The translations under genes were made by a program, and so were the position numbers. The notes beneath the pieces were generated by a model. The model did not search any database and was not told the origin of the DNA. It was given only the letters and a program-made list of their open reading frames with translations. A stretch of DNA of 64,000 nt, taken from Dehalococcoidia bacterium (GTDB lineage Bacteria; Chloroflexota; Dehalococcoidia; UBA6926). The DNA lies in contig JBJKVP010000004.1 of assembly GCA_045562535.1 (NCBI GenBank), positions 77,070 to 141,069 on the forward strand, in the 5' to 3' direction. Below are positions 9,315 through 18,086 of this stretch, one piece after another (the stretch's first letter is position 1; every line of letters begins with the position of its first letter).

Positions 9315-12152
9315 ATGACATCGAAACAGAATAGATCATTTTCAAATTCTATGGCCAGTGCTTACAATCCCCATGAATTCGAGATAAAACGTTATGAATG
9401 GTGGGAATCGAAAGGGTACTTCAAACCTGCAAAAAACAGTACTGGAGACAACCCTCCTTTTACTGTAATCATGCCTCCTCCAAATGTAACTGGTCAGCTC
9501 CATTTAGGCCATGCTCTAACTGCAACTATAGAAGACACTTTGGTGCGTTGGCATCGTATGCAAGGAGATGACACTCTATGGCTACCCGGTACGGATCACG
9601 CAGGAATAGCTACTCAATATATAGTCGAGCAAGCCGTTCGATCTGAGGGGCTTGACCGTCGAACAATGGGACGCGAAAAATTCCTGGAAAGAGTCTGGGT
9701 CTGGGTGAAACAATACGGAGGAGAAATCCAGAAACAGCACAGGCGGTTGGGAGTATCTGCCGACTGGACACGTGAAACATTCACTCTTGATGAAGGGCCT
9801 TCCAACGCGGTTCGAACAACCTTTCATAATTTGTTCGAACAAAACCGTATATACCGTGGAGAACGAATAATTAACTGGTGCCCTCAAGACTTGACCGCAC
9901 TTTCGGACCTTGAAATAGAGTATGAAGATATCGAAGGCCATTTATGGCATATAGAATACCCTACCTCCGATGGATCTGGATCAGTAATCGTAGCTACAAC
10001 AAGGCCAGAAACACTACTCGGTGATACTGCGGTTGCAGTCAATCCCAATGATACAAGGTATTCACATTTAATTGGCAAGCAAGTAGAACTTCCTTTGACA
10101 AACCGTCTAATACCGATTATCGGTGATGACTATGTAGACATAGAGTTTGGTACTGGAGCTTTGAAAATAACTCCTGCCCATGATGTTAACGACTTCGAGA
10201 TTGGAAAGCGAAATAATCTAGAATCGATCAACGTAATGAATCCAGATGGGACTATGGGTGACGTATCAGGTAAATACGCAAACATGGATCGGTTCGAAGC
10301 AAGAGAAATGATCGTATCCGATCTAGAACAAGTAGGTTTACTAAAAAAAATAGAACCATACGATACCCGAATTGGACACTGCTACAGATGCAAAGAAATT
10401 GTAGAACCTCGCCCTAGCTTACAGTGGTTCATTGACATCAAACCGCTTGCCGATCCTGCTATAAAAGCAGTAGTTGACAATAAAATTTCAATAATTCCAG
10501 AGCGTTTCACGCAGATATATATGAATTGGATGGAAAATATACGAGACTGGTGTATCTCCAGACAACTATGGTGGGGGCACAGAATCCCGGTTTGGTATTG
10601 CACAGATTGCGAAGGTGATAAATTAAAAGTGATTATGAATGACGTTTCATCACCTGTCGATGGAAAAGAATTTATAGAACACAATTACAACGATCTCATT
10701 AAATCAGGAATGTCCTTTAAAAAGATTTTAGACGATTCAGAGCGCATCGAATCATCAGAGTCAGCAACACCTATAGTATCTATAAATGATCCAGATCAAT
10801 GCCCAAATTGTGGAAGCAAGCATCTTGTCCAAGATCCCGATGTTTTAGATACATGGTTTTCGTCCGGGTTATGGCCACATTCAACTTTAGGTTGGCCAGA
10901 GAAAACAGAGGATTATGCTAGGTTTTACCCGACATCAGTGATGGAAACTGGATACGATATTCTCTTTTTCTGGGTCGCAAGAATGATAATGTTGGGCATA
11001 GCAAACACGGGCATTCCGCCGTTTAAAACAGTTTACCTTCATGGGTTGGTTCGTGATCCAAATCGCCAGAAAATGTCAAAAACAAAAGGTAACGTTATAG
11101 ATCCTTTAGAAACAATCGAAAAATATGGTACCGATGCTTTAAGAATGGCTTTGACTATTAGTACAACACCAGGAAATGACTTAGCTCTCCCTGACTCTCG
11201 CCTAGAAGCAGGCAGAAATTTTGCTAACAAATTATGGAATGGTGCTAGATTTGTTCTAAATACTATCGAAAGTTCCCAGGTTCAAGTTACTCATGTGACC
11301 CAAAAACCGATTCAATTGGAAGATAAATGGATTATAAGCAGATTGGAAAAAGTTAAGCAAGACGTAAATAAAATGCTTGGCGATTTCCAGATTGGGCAAG
11401 CCGAACAAGTACTGCGAGATTTCTTATGGGATGAATTTTTCGACTGGTACTTAGAAATGGCAAAAATCCGAATAAATAAAAATGATTTCACACCCGTAAA
11501 TATTTTGGCAGAAGTGCTAGAAAAATCATGCCTTTTATTGCATCCATTTATGCCGTTTATCACTGAAGAGATATGGCAAAACCTGGTTAGCATTTCACCA
11601 AACAAGTCCAACGATAAAGAATCGCTGATGATATCGACTTACCCAAAATCAAACAATGCTCTTATAGACGAAAAGGCGGAAGAAGAGCTAAAAGAAATCT
11701 CTGAGGTTATTAGGAGCATACGGAATCTTAGAGCTGAGCTAAAAATAGATCCCTCAATCAATATAGAGACATTATTATCGTCTGAAAAATATATTGACGT
11801 TTTTGAAGAAAACAGGGAAATAATAGAGGTTCTAGGAAAAACAACCCCCCTCCAAATTACAGCTGACCCTAAGCAAGGTTCATCCTTTTTAAACACCACC
11901 TCAACCGTTTTAGATTATTCCACAATTGTAGTTCCACTGGACGATTTAATTGATACAGATGAGGAAAAAATTCGGATAAGTGAAGAAATCAAGACTGTGG
12001 AATTAAGAATCGAACAACTGAAAAAAAGATTATCAGACAATAATTTTATATCCAAAGCTCCTCAAGAAGTTATAGGGAAAGAGAAAATAAGGCTTGAAGA
12101 ATCCGCAGAAAAATTGAAAAATCTTACTTCCCAAATCCAAAACCTAAAATGA
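9315..12152 (+). CDS. valS: Valine--tRNA ligase
   Basis: 945 aa. HIGH motif (PNVTGQLHLGHA), KMSKS motif (KMSKTKGN), and a C-terminal coiled-coil typical of ValRS. Confidence 0.95.
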   Translation: MTSKQNRSFSNSMASAYNPHEFEIKRYEWWESKGYFKPAKNSTGDNPPFTVIMPPPNVTGQLHLGHALTATIEDTLVRWHRMQGDDTLWLPGTDHAGIATQYIVEQAVRSEGLDRRTMGREKFLERVWVWVKQYGGEIQKQHRRLGVSADWTRETFTLDEGPSNAVRTTFHNLFEQNRIYRGERIINWCPQDLTALSDLEIEYEDIEGHLWHIEYPTSDGSGSVIVATTRPETLLGDTAVAVNPNDTRYSHLIGKQVELPLTNRLIPIIGDDYVDIEFGTGALKITPAHDVNDFEIGKRNNLESINVMNPDGTMGDVSGKYANMDRFEAREMIVSDLEQVGLLKKIEPYDTRIGHCYRCKEIVEPRPSLQWFIDIKPLADPAIKAVVDNKISIIPERFTQIYMNWMENIRDWCISRQLWWGHRIPVWYCTDCEGDKLKVIMNDVSSPVDGKEFIEHNYNDLIKSGMSFKKILDDSERIESSESATPIVSINDPDQCPNCGSKHLVQDPDVLDTWFSSGLWPHSTLGWPEKTEDYARFYPTSVMETGYDILFFWVARMIMLGIANTGIPPFKTVYLHGLVRDPNRQKMSKTKGNVIDPLETIEKYGTDALRMALTISTTPGNDLALPDSRLEAGRNFANKLWNGARFVLNTIESSQVQVTHVTQKPIQLEDKWIISRLEKVKQDVNKMLGDFQIGQAEQVLRDFLWDEFFDWYLEMAKIRINKNDFTPVNILAEVLEKSCLLLHPFMPFITEEIWQNLVSISPNKSNDKESLMISTYPKSNNALIDEKAEEELKEISEVIRSIRNLRAELKIDPSINIETLLSSEKYIDVFEENREIIEVLGKTTPLQITADPKQGSSFLNTTSTVLDYSTIVVPLDDLIDTDEEKIRISEEIKTVELRIEQLKKRLSDNNFISKAPQEVIGKEKIRLEESAEKLKNLTSQIQNLK

Positions 12153-12170
12153 TTAGTGAGTAACTAGGTA

Positions 12171-12211
12171 AATAATTTTATTCTTGAGTCGTTAGATGGA
12201 GTAAAATTATT
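12171..12211. terminator. AT-only 10-bp inverted repeat (AATAATTTTA-N21-TAAAATTATT) between the convergent genes valS and the VOC gene; possible weak bidirectional terminator
   Basis: Perfect inverted repeat seen directly. The stem is entirely A/T, so stability is low. Confidence 0.2.
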
Positions 12212-12215
12212 ATCC

Positions 12216-12650
12216 CTATCCAGAAGCTCCTTGATTAGAATAACCTTTTTCTTGTAGTTCAACCAAAACCATTTTAAGGTTGAGAGGATGGACCCAGGCT
12301 ACTTTGTCGTTCCCTTCTTCCCTAATTACTTTGCCACCCATCTCTTCTATGTTTGCCAACGTCTTTTGAACATCATCTACTTCTAAGCAAACCATATAAA
12401 GTCCTTCTCCTAAAGGATTCCTCTCATTTTTGCGCTCCTCCATCATCCGTGCCAAAGCCGTATTAGAATTAGCGGGTGTCATGACTTCAATCACCGCGTT
12501 GCCATCTACACCTAACATTTGTGCGGTAACCCCGAACTGGTTAGTAGAGACTTGGCTGATTGGTTCGAGTCCGAACATCTTTGACCAAATTTCGACGCCT
12601 TCCTCTAAATTCTCTACCATTACAGCATTATATTTTATATTTGTAGCCAT
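12216..12650 (-). CDS. VOC-family protein (glyoxalase / methylmalonyl-CoA epimerase-like)
   Basis: 144 aa, two beta-alpha-beta-beta-beta modules. Family assignment rests on size and composition. Confidence 0.6.
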   Translation of the reverse strand: MATNIKYNAVMVENLEEGVEIWSKMFGLEPISQVSTNQFGVTAQMLGVDGNAVIEVMTPANSNTALARMMEERKNERNPLGEGLYMVCLEVDDVQKTLANIEEMGGKVIREEGNDKVAWVHPLNLKMVLVELQEKGYSNQGASG

Positions 12651-12704
12651 TTAGGTTTCCTCTCTAAATTAATGTACTTAATAAATAATACCAAACAAGT
12701 GGAT

Positions 12705-13328
12705 TTACGAGTTGGATTTTTGGCTTCTTGCCCTTAACTCGGATACAGGATCCCAACTAGCATCCTCAATAACACCTATGAACGGTAAATTCCTATAATA
12801 TTCTTCGTAGTCCAATCCGTATCCAACAACAAACAACGGTGGGATTTCAAACCCCAAGTAGTCAACAGGCACCTCTACCTCTCTTTTAGAAACTTTATCA
12901 AGCAGTGTACAAACCTTTATACTGGTCGGGCTCTGCTCTTCCACTGATTTTATGAGGGCAGCGATGGTATGGCCAGTGTCCACAATGTCCTCGACAATCA
13001 CAACATGTTTTCCTTTTATCATGCTGGAATCTCTAATAGTGCTGCTGATGTTATACTCTCCATCCACAAGTGATCGTTCAATACTTGTAACGCCCACCGT
13101 AAGCGGCAAATCCACGTTTCTAATTAAGTCAGTAAGAAAATATAAAGCACCTTTTAAAACGGCCAAGAAAACAACTTCACGGTTCGAATAATCTCGGGTC
13201 AAAATCTGTCCTAGTTCCTGGACACGGGCATTAACTTGCTGTTCAGTCAGCAGCACGCGAGAGACACCTTTTGATGCCCCATTATCGCTAATAAACAACG
13301 AACCTTGTTTGTAGTCGTCTGATCGCAT
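12705..13328 (-). CDS. hpt: Hypoxanthine phosphoribosyltransferase (true start probably internal, which would shorten the N-terminus)
   Basis: PRPP-binding motif VVIVEDIVDTGHT; the C-terminal FVVGYGLDYEEYYRNLPFIGV matches HGPRT. Confidence 0.85.
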   Translation of the reverse strand: MRSDDYKQGSLFISDNGASKGVSRVLLTEQQVNARVQELGQILTRDYSNREVVFLAVLKGALYFLTDLIRNVDLPLTVGVTSIERSLVDGEYNISSTIRDSSMIKGKHVVIVEDIVDTGHTIAALIKSVEEQSPTSIKVCTLLDKVSKREVEVPVDYLGFEIPPLFVVGYGLDYEEYYRNLPFIGVIEDASWDPVSELRARSQKSNS

Positions 13329-13453
13329 AGATTAATACTAAATGAAATTTACTTGATATGCCAGAATAATTTTCGTAAGCTGAATTAAGTCATTTAAATC
13401 TTTACTATATTCACGTATAAACTAACCCAGCAAGTTGAATTAAGGACCAATTA

Positions 13454-13888
13454 ATGAGCGATACCATACTCGGAGCGGGTCTGGCTGCCTTGGCTGCAAC
13501 ATCTTGGGCAATTGGAGCTATTTTTGCTCGGATTGGTATGCAGCATATGGCATCGACTACCGGTACGTTTTTCTCTTTAATTACAGGCTTTCTACTGATA
13601 CTAGTCATAGCGTTATTCCTCGATTATGAAGCTATGTTTACCGTACCTACAGAGACCATATTATGGTTTATTCTTCTTGGATTTATCCAATTTCCCCTTG
13701 GGAGATTTTTGAATTTTAATGGTATTAAATATGCTGGCGTTGCACCTGCTACCGCGATATTAGGTTCTACTCCAGTATTCTCAGCAATACTCGCCTTAGT
13801 TTTCCTGGGAGAACAGATAACCCTAATGATAGGACTGGGGATAATCGCAGTTGTAGCAGGATTAGCAATGGTACTTTATAGGAGTTAA
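13454..13888 (+). CDS. EamA-domain half-transporter (DMT superfamily, about 5 TM)
   Basis: 144 aa, hydrophobic, with EamA-like topology. It is immediately followed by a second half-size EamA gene. Confidence 0.55.
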   Translation: MSDTILGAGLAALAATSWAIGAIFARIGMQHMASTTGTFFSLITGFLLILVIALFLDYEAMFTVPTETILWFILLGFIQFPLGRFLNFNGIKYAGVAPATAILGSTPVFSAILALVFLGEQITLMIGLGIIAVVAGLAMVLYRS

Positions 13889-13895
13889 ATCAAAG

Positions 13896-14366
13896 ATGAC
13901 AATAGAAGCCAATCAAGTAAAAAGGCAGGTCTACATAGGTTTAGCTTCAGCAGTGGCTGCTGCTGCTGCATATGGGGCCACACAAACAATTGCCAGATCC
14001 CTCGTAACCACCGCTGCACCTGCATCAGTTAGTGCTACTTGGACTATATTTTTTGGTATGATTTTCCTTTTTTTCATGTCGCTAAACAATATAAAAACAG
14101 ATATAAAGGCACCTAAGAAAGCTTTTTTTATGATGGGTCTCGCCGGCATTTTCTCGTCATTTGGAGTATTCTTTATGTTCAGTGCCTTAGCAAACGCACC
14201 CGTAACTGTAGCATCTCCAATTGGCGCAATAAACCCTCTAGTAGCAATGGCTTTAACTCATATTTTCCTTCAAAAACTAGAGCGAGTTACTATACAAATG
14301 GTTGCCGGCTCGGTGCTCGTCCTTTTAGGGGTTACTATGGTGATTTTAGGGAGATTTACCGGGTAA
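13896..14366 (+). CDS. EamA-domain half-transporter (DMT superfamily, partner of the preceding gene)
   Basis: 156 aa, hydrophobic, 8 nt downstream of the first half. Likely a heterodimeric pair. Confidence 0.55.
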   Translation: MTIEANQVKRQVYIGLASAVAAAAAYGATQTIARSLVTTAAPASVSATWTIFFGMIFLFFMSLNNIKTDIKAPKKAFFMMGLAGIFSSFGVFFMFSALANAPVTVASPIGAINPLVAMALTHIFLQKLERVTIQMVAGSVLVLLGVTMVILGRFTG

Positions 14367-14490
14367 CCTGTAGTAACACGTATTTCCGCAACATAATGAT
14401 TGATCTAGCTCAATCAAAGCCATTGAGAACAAACCATACATATATATTTCCCTTAGATAATCAAACATAGTTGCTCAAGCTCTGAATTTC

Positions 14491-14519
14491 TTGACAAATC
14501 ATATTACGGCAAATAGGAT
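14491..14519 (+). promoter_or_regulatory. Candidate sigma70-type promoter: TTGACA (14491..14496), 17-nt spacer, TAGGAT (14514..14519)
   Basis: Perfect -35 and a 4/6 -10 seen directly. The predicted start site falls about at the leader-peptide ATG, which implies a leaderless leader peptide. An alternative promoter further upstream is not excluded. Confidence 0.3.
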
Positions 14520-14525
14520 TGGGGA

Positions 14526-14597
14526 ATGAAGGTATACGATCTTAAGGAATACTTTATTTACTACCGCAGGGAATCTGTGGGAGTGGTGGTCGTCTAG
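14526..14597 (+). CDS. Putative attenuation leader peptide MKVYDLKEYFIYYRRESVGVVVV (23 aa; Y-F-I-Y-Y run)
   Basis: Small ORF between the promoter and an intrinsic terminator, upstream of DAHP synthase. Four of five consecutive codons (14550..14564) encode Tyr or Phe. Confidence 0.4.
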   Translation: MKVYDLKEYFIYYRRESVGVVVV

Positions 14598-14623
14598 CTT
14601 ATTTAATCATAGAAACATAAAAA

Positions 14624-14653
14624 CCCTCCCGATAATAATGGGAGGGTTTTTTT
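14624..14653 (+). terminator. Rho-independent terminator / attenuator (CCCTCCC-GATAATAAT-GGGAGGG followed by TTTTTTT)
   Basis: Perfect 7-bp GC stem with a 9-nt loop and 7 T, about 40 nt upstream of the DAHP synthase start and 25 nt downstream of the leader-peptide stop. Confidence 0.65.
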
Positions 14654-14695
14654 GATGAACAAAAAGGGATTTTCTTTTATAGGAGGAGTAAAACC

Positions 14696-15715
14696 ATGAT
14701 CGTTGTAATGAGTAACGGAGCAACGCAATCAAATTTAGATAATGTTATTGACCAAATCGAAGGTTTAGGATACACGGCAGACGTCGAAAAAGGTCAATTT
14801 ACTAATGTAGTTGCGGTGATCGGTGATACAAGGTCAGGAGGAGCTTCAACCTTAGAGGCATTGGATGGAGTAGAACGAGTGATACCTATAATGAAGCCGT
14901 ATAAACACGTAAGCAGAGAATTCCGAAAAGAAAACACTGTTATAGAATTGCCAAACGGTACGACAATCGGCGGCAACAAAATAGCTATGATGGTAGGCCC
15001 TTGTGCAGTTGAAGATCAAGAACAAGTTAAAACAATGGCGGAAGCCGATAAAGAATTGGGTTTCCCTATTTTAAGAGGTGGTGCCTTTAAACCACGAACG
15101 TCTCCTTACGCGTTTCAAGGCCTTGGTTTAGAGGGACTTAGGATTCTACGTGAAGAAGCAGATAAAAATGGCTTGATGGTAATCACGGAGGTAATGTCTG
15201 AAGCCGACGTGGAAATGTGTGTGGAATATGCAGACATATTACAAATTGGTGCACGAACCATGCACGCTTTTAGGTTACTCAAAGAAGTTGGAAAAACTCG
15301 TAAACCTGTTTTATTAAAAAGAGGCTTCCATGCAACTATAAGAGAATGGCTCTTAAGTGCAGAATACATAATCAGCGAAGGTAATTGGAACGTAATATTG
15401 TGCGAGCGAGGGATAAGAACTTTCGACGATGAATTTTCGAGAAATGTTTTGGATTTAACAGCAGTACAAATCTTAAAAAAAGAATCTCATCTTCCAGTGA
15501 TCGTTGATCCAAGTCATGGTACTGGCCAACGAGACCTGGTAGTGCCAATGGCAAAAGCCGCTATTGCAGCAGGAGCAGATGGGCTAATAATTGAAGCACA
15601 TCCAGACCCAACCAAAGCCTTATCGGACGGACCTCAATCTTTACCGGTAGAAGAATTACCTTCTCTTCGAACAGAATTAGAGAAAGTAGTATCAGTAATG
15701 GGAAGAACTATCTAG
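14696..15715 (+). CDS. 3-deoxy-7-phosphoheptulonate (DAHP) synthase, type I-beta, with N-terminal ACT/ferredoxin-like regulatory domain
   Basis: 339 aa. The C-terminal about 260 aa match the KDSA/DAHPS I-beta barrel (GPCAVE, KPRTSPY, DPSHG). The N-terminal about 75-aa extension resembles Thermotoga-type allosteric (Tyr/Phe-sensing) DAHP synthases. Confidence 0.85.
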   Translation: MIVVMSNGATQSNLDNVIDQIEGLGYTADVEKGQFTNVVAVIGDTRSGGASTLEALDGVERVIPIMKPYKHVSREFRKENTVIELPNGTTIGGNKIAMMVGPCAVEDQEQVKTMAEADKELGFPILRGGAFKPRTSPYAFQGLGLEGLRILREEADKNGLMVITEVMSEADVEMCVEYADILQIGARTMHAFRLLKEVGKTRKPVLLKRGFHATIREWLLSAEYIISEGNWNVILCERGIRTFDDEFSRNVLDLTAVQILKKESHLPVIVDPSHGTGQRDLVVPMAKAAIAAGADGLIIEAHPDPTKALSDGPQSLPVEELPSLRTELEKVVSVMGRTI

Positions 15716-15762
15716 AAAGAACTAGCAATAATAGCTAGTTCAAAGGTAAACTACCCTCTGAT

Positions 15763-15849
15763 GGCAGGATGGCGGAGCGGTCAAACGCACCAGGCTGTAA
15801 ACTTGGCGCCCTTAGGGCTACGGGGGTTCAAATCCCTCTCCTGCCACCA
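15763..15849 (+). tRNA. tRNA-Tyr (anticodon GUA), class II with long variable arm, CCA encoded
   Basis: Folded by hand. The acceptor GGCAGGA pairs with TCCTGCC. The anticodon stem is CCAGG/CTTGG with loop CTGTAAA. The variable arm is GCCC-TTA-GGGC. T-loop is TTCAAAT and the 3' end is ACCA. Confidence 0.85.
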
Positions 15850-15929
15850 ATATGTCTTATTGGAAATATTGTTACAATAAAAGGCGTATCATTGTTATCA
15901 TCAGAGACACTAACAAAGGTAACCAATAA

Positions 15930-17174
15930 ATGAGCCAACAGTCTTTCCACATACCAGAAGCCAACGAAGCTTTAGCAAGCACAACGTTAGATGGACTTGT
16001 TTCTAGAGGGTTAATAGAAGAAATCATTGTCCGAGATGAACTAAATCAAGCGATTGAATCAGGCAATAAACTCACAATTTATCAAGGTTTTGATCCAACT
16101 AGCCCAAGCCTCCACTTAGGACATTATTTATCGCTCAGGATACTGCGCTGGTTTCAATTAAATGGTCATAGAGTAATATTTTTGGTTGGAGATTTCACCG
16201 CGAGAATTGGGGATCCCTCGGAGCAAACAGCTGAAAGGAAACAGCTTTCAAAAGATCAAGTGGTAAGCAACACTTCTAATTGGCTCAATCAAATTTCCAG
16301 GGTACTTGATCTTCAAGAAACTAATCCTGTAGAAATCAAATATAACAGCGAGTGGCTAAGCAAATTATCACTGGAAGATATTATGAATTTATCTTCTCAA
16401 ATAACAGTTCAAAGGCTCATTGAGCGTGACATGTTCCAAAAAAGAATCCAAGAGAATAAACCCTTACACATGCATGAAACTCTTTATCCAATACTGCAAG
16501 GGTATGACTCCGTTGCGATGAACGTTGATATAGAACTAGGTGGTAGAGATCAAATGTTTAATATGCTCGTGGGAAGAGATTTTGTTCGAACTACGCATAA
16601 ACATGCTAAGCATGTATTAATGACTCCTCTAATCCCAGGGCTCGACGGAAGAAAGATGAGCAAAACTTATAACAACACAGTGGACTTAGATGAGCGACCT
16701 GCAGAGATGTACTTTAAATTAACACAAATAAACGACGAGCTTTTACCGTTATTTTTTAGCATCTTTACAGATATACCAGATGATGAATTAGAAGATATCT
16801 CCAAAAAAATCAACAGTAAGGAAGAAATGCGACCAGATAGATCCCGGTTATCTTATGAAATAGTAAAGGTTTTCCATGGAGAGGAAGTAGCTAACAACGC
16901 TAGACGAGAATTTAATAGAGTTATAGCTCAAGGAGAACAAAGAGAAGACCTTTTAGAAATCTCAGTTCCCGTGCAGGAGGAGTTTTCCATACTGGAACTT
17001 TGCATCCTTTCAAATCAACTTTCAAGCAAGGGCGATGCAAGGCGACTTATAAAGCAAGGTGCAATTGAAATCGATGGAGAAAAATATACCGATCCCAACA
17101 AAACAGTCCTAAGCTCAACTATTCAAGGAAAGGTAATTAAAATAGGAAACAGGGGATACTTCAAATTTAAGTGA
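15930..17174 (+). CDS. tyrS: Tyrosine--tRNA ligase
   Basis: 414 aa. HIGH motif (SLHLGHY), KMSKS (KMSKT), and a C-terminal S4-like domain. Confidence 0.9.
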   Translation: MSQQSFHIPEANEALASTTLDGLVSRGLIEEIIVRDELNQAIESGNKLTIYQGFDPTSPSLHLGHYLSLRILRWFQLNGHRVIFLVGDFTARIGDPSEQTAERKQLSKDQVVSNTSNWLNQISRVLDLQETNPVEIKYNSEWLSKLSLEDIMNLSSQITVQRLIERDMFQKRIQENKPLHMHETLYPILQGYDSVAMNVDIELGGRDQMFNMLVGRDFVRTTHKHAKHVLMTPLIPGLDGRKMSKTYNNTVDLDERPAEMYFKLTQINDELLPLFFSIFTDIPDDELEDISKKINSKEEMRPDRSRLSYEIVKVFHGEEVANNARREFNRVIAQGEQREDLLEISVPVQEEFSILELCILSNQLSSKGDARRLIKQGAIEIDGEKYTDPNKTVLSSTIQGKVIKIGNRGYFKFK

Positions 17175-17196
17175 CACCACATATAAAGGCATTACT

Positions 17197-18072
17197 ATGA
17201 ATCAAATTGAAACACCCAAAGTTGGATTTCTTCAGCCGGAATCTACATTTACTCATCTAGCAGCGATGGAACAGTTCGGATCAAACGCAAACTACATTCC
17301 AATGGAAACGTACGCGATTTGCCACGATATAAAGAACTCGTCACTGGATTACGGAGTTCTAGCTATCGAAAACGTATTTGAAGGAACTGTTGGAACAACT
17401 ATGGACGCAGTTCTCACTACCGATCAAGTTAGTGTTGTAGGGGAAATAATACTGCCTATATCTCACCATCTATTATCAAACGATAAGATTAGCGAAATAA
17501 CACGAATTTATTCTCATCAACAAGCTATTAGCCAATGTAGAAAACATATATCTTCATTAGAAAAAGAATTAGGCCACGACATAGAAATTATAACTGAAGC
17601 TAGCACCGCAAGAGGAGCAGAACGAGCTGCTCATTCAGCAGAAAAAGGTTCTGCTGCTATCGCTCCTGCATTAGCTGCAGAAAAATATAATCTTCAAATT
17701 CTCAGGGGAAATATGGAAGATGAAAAAGATAACGCCACTAGGTTTTGGGTTTTAGGACACGACGGATACTCGACACCGAGCGGGAACGATAAAACAACTT
17801 TTAGTTTCGACGTAGAAAATGAGTCTGGCGCCTTAGTTTCAGTTTTGAACACGTTTTCAAGCCGTGGATTAAGTGCAACGATGTTACAATCGAGGCCATC
17901 AAAATTAGATAGATCTGCAGGGATTTGGGAGTACACTTTCTTTGCGGAATTTCTAGGTCATATAACAGACCAACCTCTTAAAGAATCCTATGATTTACTT
18001 AGCAGTGGATCAAATTCTGTATGCAAACAGATAAGACTTTTAGGAAGTTATCCCCGTTTCCTGACAAAATAG
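17197..18072 (+). CDS. pheA: Prephenate dehydratase (PDT plus C-terminal ACT domain)
   Basis: 291 aa. TRF motif (NATRFWVLG) and an ACT domain (FSFDVENESGALVSVLNTF). Confidence 0.85.
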   Translation: MNQIETPKVGFLQPESTFTHLAAMEQFGSNANYIPMETYAICHDIKNSSLDYGVLAIENVFEGTVGTTMDAVLTTDQVSVVGEIILPISHHLLSNDKISEITRIYSHQQAISQCRKHISSLEKELGHDIEIITEASTARGAERAAHSAEKGSAAIAPALAAEKYNLQILRGNMEDEKDNATRFWVLGHDGYSTPSGNDKTTFSFDVENESGALVSVLNTFSSRGLSATMLQSRPSKLDRSAGIWEYTFFAEFLGHITDQPLKESYDLLSSGSNSVCKQIRLLGSYPRFLTK

Positions 18073-18086
18073 ATGTACGGCTCGAT

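Noticed and set aside
9582-9941. Antisense ORFs nested inside long genes (for example 9582..9941, 33273..33650, 37070..37474, 11312..11611, 41866..42203)
   Set aside because: They lie wholly within strongly supported genes (valS, clpB, dnaE, DUF58) on the opposite strand and have no motifs; shadow ORFs.
12181-12204. CTTGAGT heptamer (left half of the HspR HAIR consensus) inside the valS/VOC intergenic inverted repeat
   Set aside because: The right half-site ACTCAAG is absent at the required spacing; coincidence.
15850-15929. Possible T-box leader upstream of tyrS
   Set aside because: The spacer is only 80 nt and lacks the conserved T-box sequence and specifier-loop architecture.
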